The notes under the pieces are model-generated. The model was given only the letters and a program-made list of their open reading frames with translations. It made no database searches and was not told where the DNA came from. This document shows positions 61,874 through 64,000 of a DNA stretch of 64,000 nt, piece after piece; the stretch's first letter is position 1; every line of letters starts with the position of its first letter. A program made the translations under genes and the position numbers. Origin of the DNA: Rhizodiscina lignyota (taxonomy: Eukaryota); the NCBI GenBank assembly GCA_010015805.1, contig ML978123.1:372001-436000 (forward strand), read 5' to 3'.

Positions 61874-64000
61874 ATGAACGGCTCCGATTGTATGGAAATT
61901 GATCGCCCTCCACCCAGTCTCTCTTTCAACGAGAAATGGGAACATTTCAAGCGTGTACTGGAAGATCTCTACCTGGACCAGAAAATGGGGCTTCCCAAAA
62001 TTCAAGAAGTGATGCGCGACCGGCATGGTTTTGATGCAGAGTGAGTCTCTGCTACACTCGCAGTGTTTAGCTCCACTGACCCCGTTGACAGAACGCATCA
62101 ATACAAATACCGCTTCAATAAATGGGGATGGAAGAAAAACATCCCTACCACCAAGAAGAAAGCCATTCTCGAATTCAGCCAAAGCAGTGCTCAATCCGGC
62201 AATTTGCGCGCCGTCAAATACAAAGGGAGGCCAGTTGAACCCAAGAAGCTGCGAAGATACGTTCGGTCTTTCCAGAAGGAAGAGAATGTCGGTTTATTTG
62301 CTGCGGCTCCAATGACGGGAGACTGGTCGGCGTTCCTCGCGGGACAAGTTGTGGGCGGAAGGGTGTAAGCATAAGGCTCAAGTTCCTAAGACCCCGAGGC
62401 TCTGCTAATCAGCATAGTGGATTCCTCAATTGGAATGTCCCATACAAAGCCCTGGTGTCTCTGTTTCCGACCCAAATGGCTCAACACTCGCCCTTCGCAG
62501 CTAACGTGTCCACTCCAAGCGACGTCTCCATGGCCAGTCCAGCGGGCATAGGCCCTGCGTCACCCGGATATTATCAAGCTTTGGTTTCTAAAACCAAGGC
62601 CGAGAGGGCCCATTTGTTCATTGCGGGCAGGTTTGATGAACTTTTGAGGGCCCTCGATGCCAAGGAGAAGCGGTGAGTAAAGTTCCATCGCATCCTGTTG
62701 ACATAAAAGGCTGATCAGCGAAGCGATTTCTCAACATGGATGCATGAATACTGATATTTTGCTTTCAAGACAGCAAAGCACTGGGGGAAAGGCCCACGAA
62801 ATTGGACCGCATCAAGACTCTGGGAAAGAAGCGGAGACACCTCGTCTAGCCCGGAACAAGGGCCCTTGCTACCGTCCAATGCCCCTTCACCTTCTTTTGA
62901 AGCTGAAAGGTCTTCAGGCTCTCGTACGGCAGCTTCAGAGGTCCTCCCGAATCCCCCATCACTATGTCGATGGACGATCCACGTGTACCAAGAAGGTTAC
63001 GATCGACTTCCCTCAAGTTTGGCATCAGCTGTGTCTGATCACGACGAGAACCTGGACCGAGAATGGCCAGAAGACTGGGAACAACCTTCTTTCGATCAGA
63101 AGCTCCAAGACAACCTCCAAAATAACGATTTCAGCACCGTTGGCACTGAACGAGTACCCATCTCCGTCAACAAACTCGTCGAAACGGTCCAAAAGTCTCC
63201 CGGCGTTATTCTCCAGGAAGCAATAACATTTGCTATTGTTGGGAGGAACTATGACCTACTCGATTCGCTGCTGAAAAGGGCGGCCGACTCGCGGGTTTCA
63301 ACTGACAACATATATCCGCTTCACCTTGCCGCAACTTATCTGGATGGATCAAGGACCTGTTGCCATATAATGGATCTTCTGGCTTTTTCCGGGCCCAATC
63401 GTATGGTAATTAATGCATCTGGCTATACAGTCCTCGATACTCTGTTTTTGGCAATCTTGAGAAACCACTCAACCATTATACCTGAACAAATAGATGAAGC
63501 TCTTCGTACATCGCGACAATTTCCTGGCGGAGAAATAGACATATGCGGGCGCTGGGATGCAGATTCCAAATGCTATCACGCTTTGGTCACTAGAGGCTCC
63601 GGAATAATTCCTGAGAACTGGAAACACAAGTTCTGCCACACCTCTATCCAGGCAATATGCCACTGCATCAAGATGGTCAAGTCCAGAATGGGTATCCGAT
63701 TGGACCAGCCAAGTGGATTGTTCGTCAAACGCTGCTTTCAGTGCGGAAGAAAGCTAGAGGTCTCCCCACTACATGCCCTTGTCCTTATCGCCTTCCATTT
63801 GGCAACATCTGGACTTGAGAATGAGGACCTGTTCGGAATACTTTGCTGCTTATTCAGCCTTACTGAACAAACGGATAAGGGGAAACACCATTATTTCTAC
63901 CGCGTGGACGTCTCAGTCGAGCTGCTTCGAACCGGAAACCAGGGAGACTTCTGTACTCATGAAAGTCTGTCACCGGCGGAGCTTGCGGAGAGTCTTACTC
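61874..64000 (+). CDS. Clr5-domain protein with a downstream ankyrin-like segment; runs off the window end
   Basis: EKWEHFKRVLEDLYL...IQEVMRDRHGFDA|...QYKYRFNKWGWKKN is the Clr5 signature. Later exons contain YPLHLAATYL and WKHKFCHTSIQAICHCI. Confidence 0.88.

Noticed and set aside
1..64000. Starship or secondary-metabolite cluster
   Set aside because: No DUF3435 tyrosine-recombinase captain and no PKS, NRPS or terpene synthase gene was recognised in the window.

Overview
Gene-dense 64-kb stretch of a filamentous ascomycete (Pezizomycotina) genome, inferred from short GT-AG introns with CTRAY branch sites and from HET, Clr5 and Zn2Cys6 genes. About 28 protein-coding loci are supported. Conserved genes: SF3B5/YSF3 (reconstructed by hand; largely missed by the ORF track), an areB/asd-4 GATA factor, an Atos/DUF4210 protein and a PXB/DUF3818 protein. 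Accessory and metabolic genes: three divergent Zn2Cys6 regulator-effector pairs (enoyl reductase-like MDR, dienelactone hydrolase, ABCB pump), four secreted enzymes (carboxylesterase, GDPD, multicopper oxidase, purple acid phosphatase), HET, DUF3669 and Clr5 proteins. Non-coding or unusual structure: a 296-bp TIR/TSD MITE, a tRNA-like minihelix with a perfect B-box, a GUG-initiated multi-isoform areB locus, two loci split by a reading-frame shift, and repeated promoter motifs. No rRNA, complete tRNA, CRISPR array or autonomous transposon was seen. Family assignments come from motif recognition, not database searches. I found no clearly new multi-gene system; the best leads are ranked in the findings.
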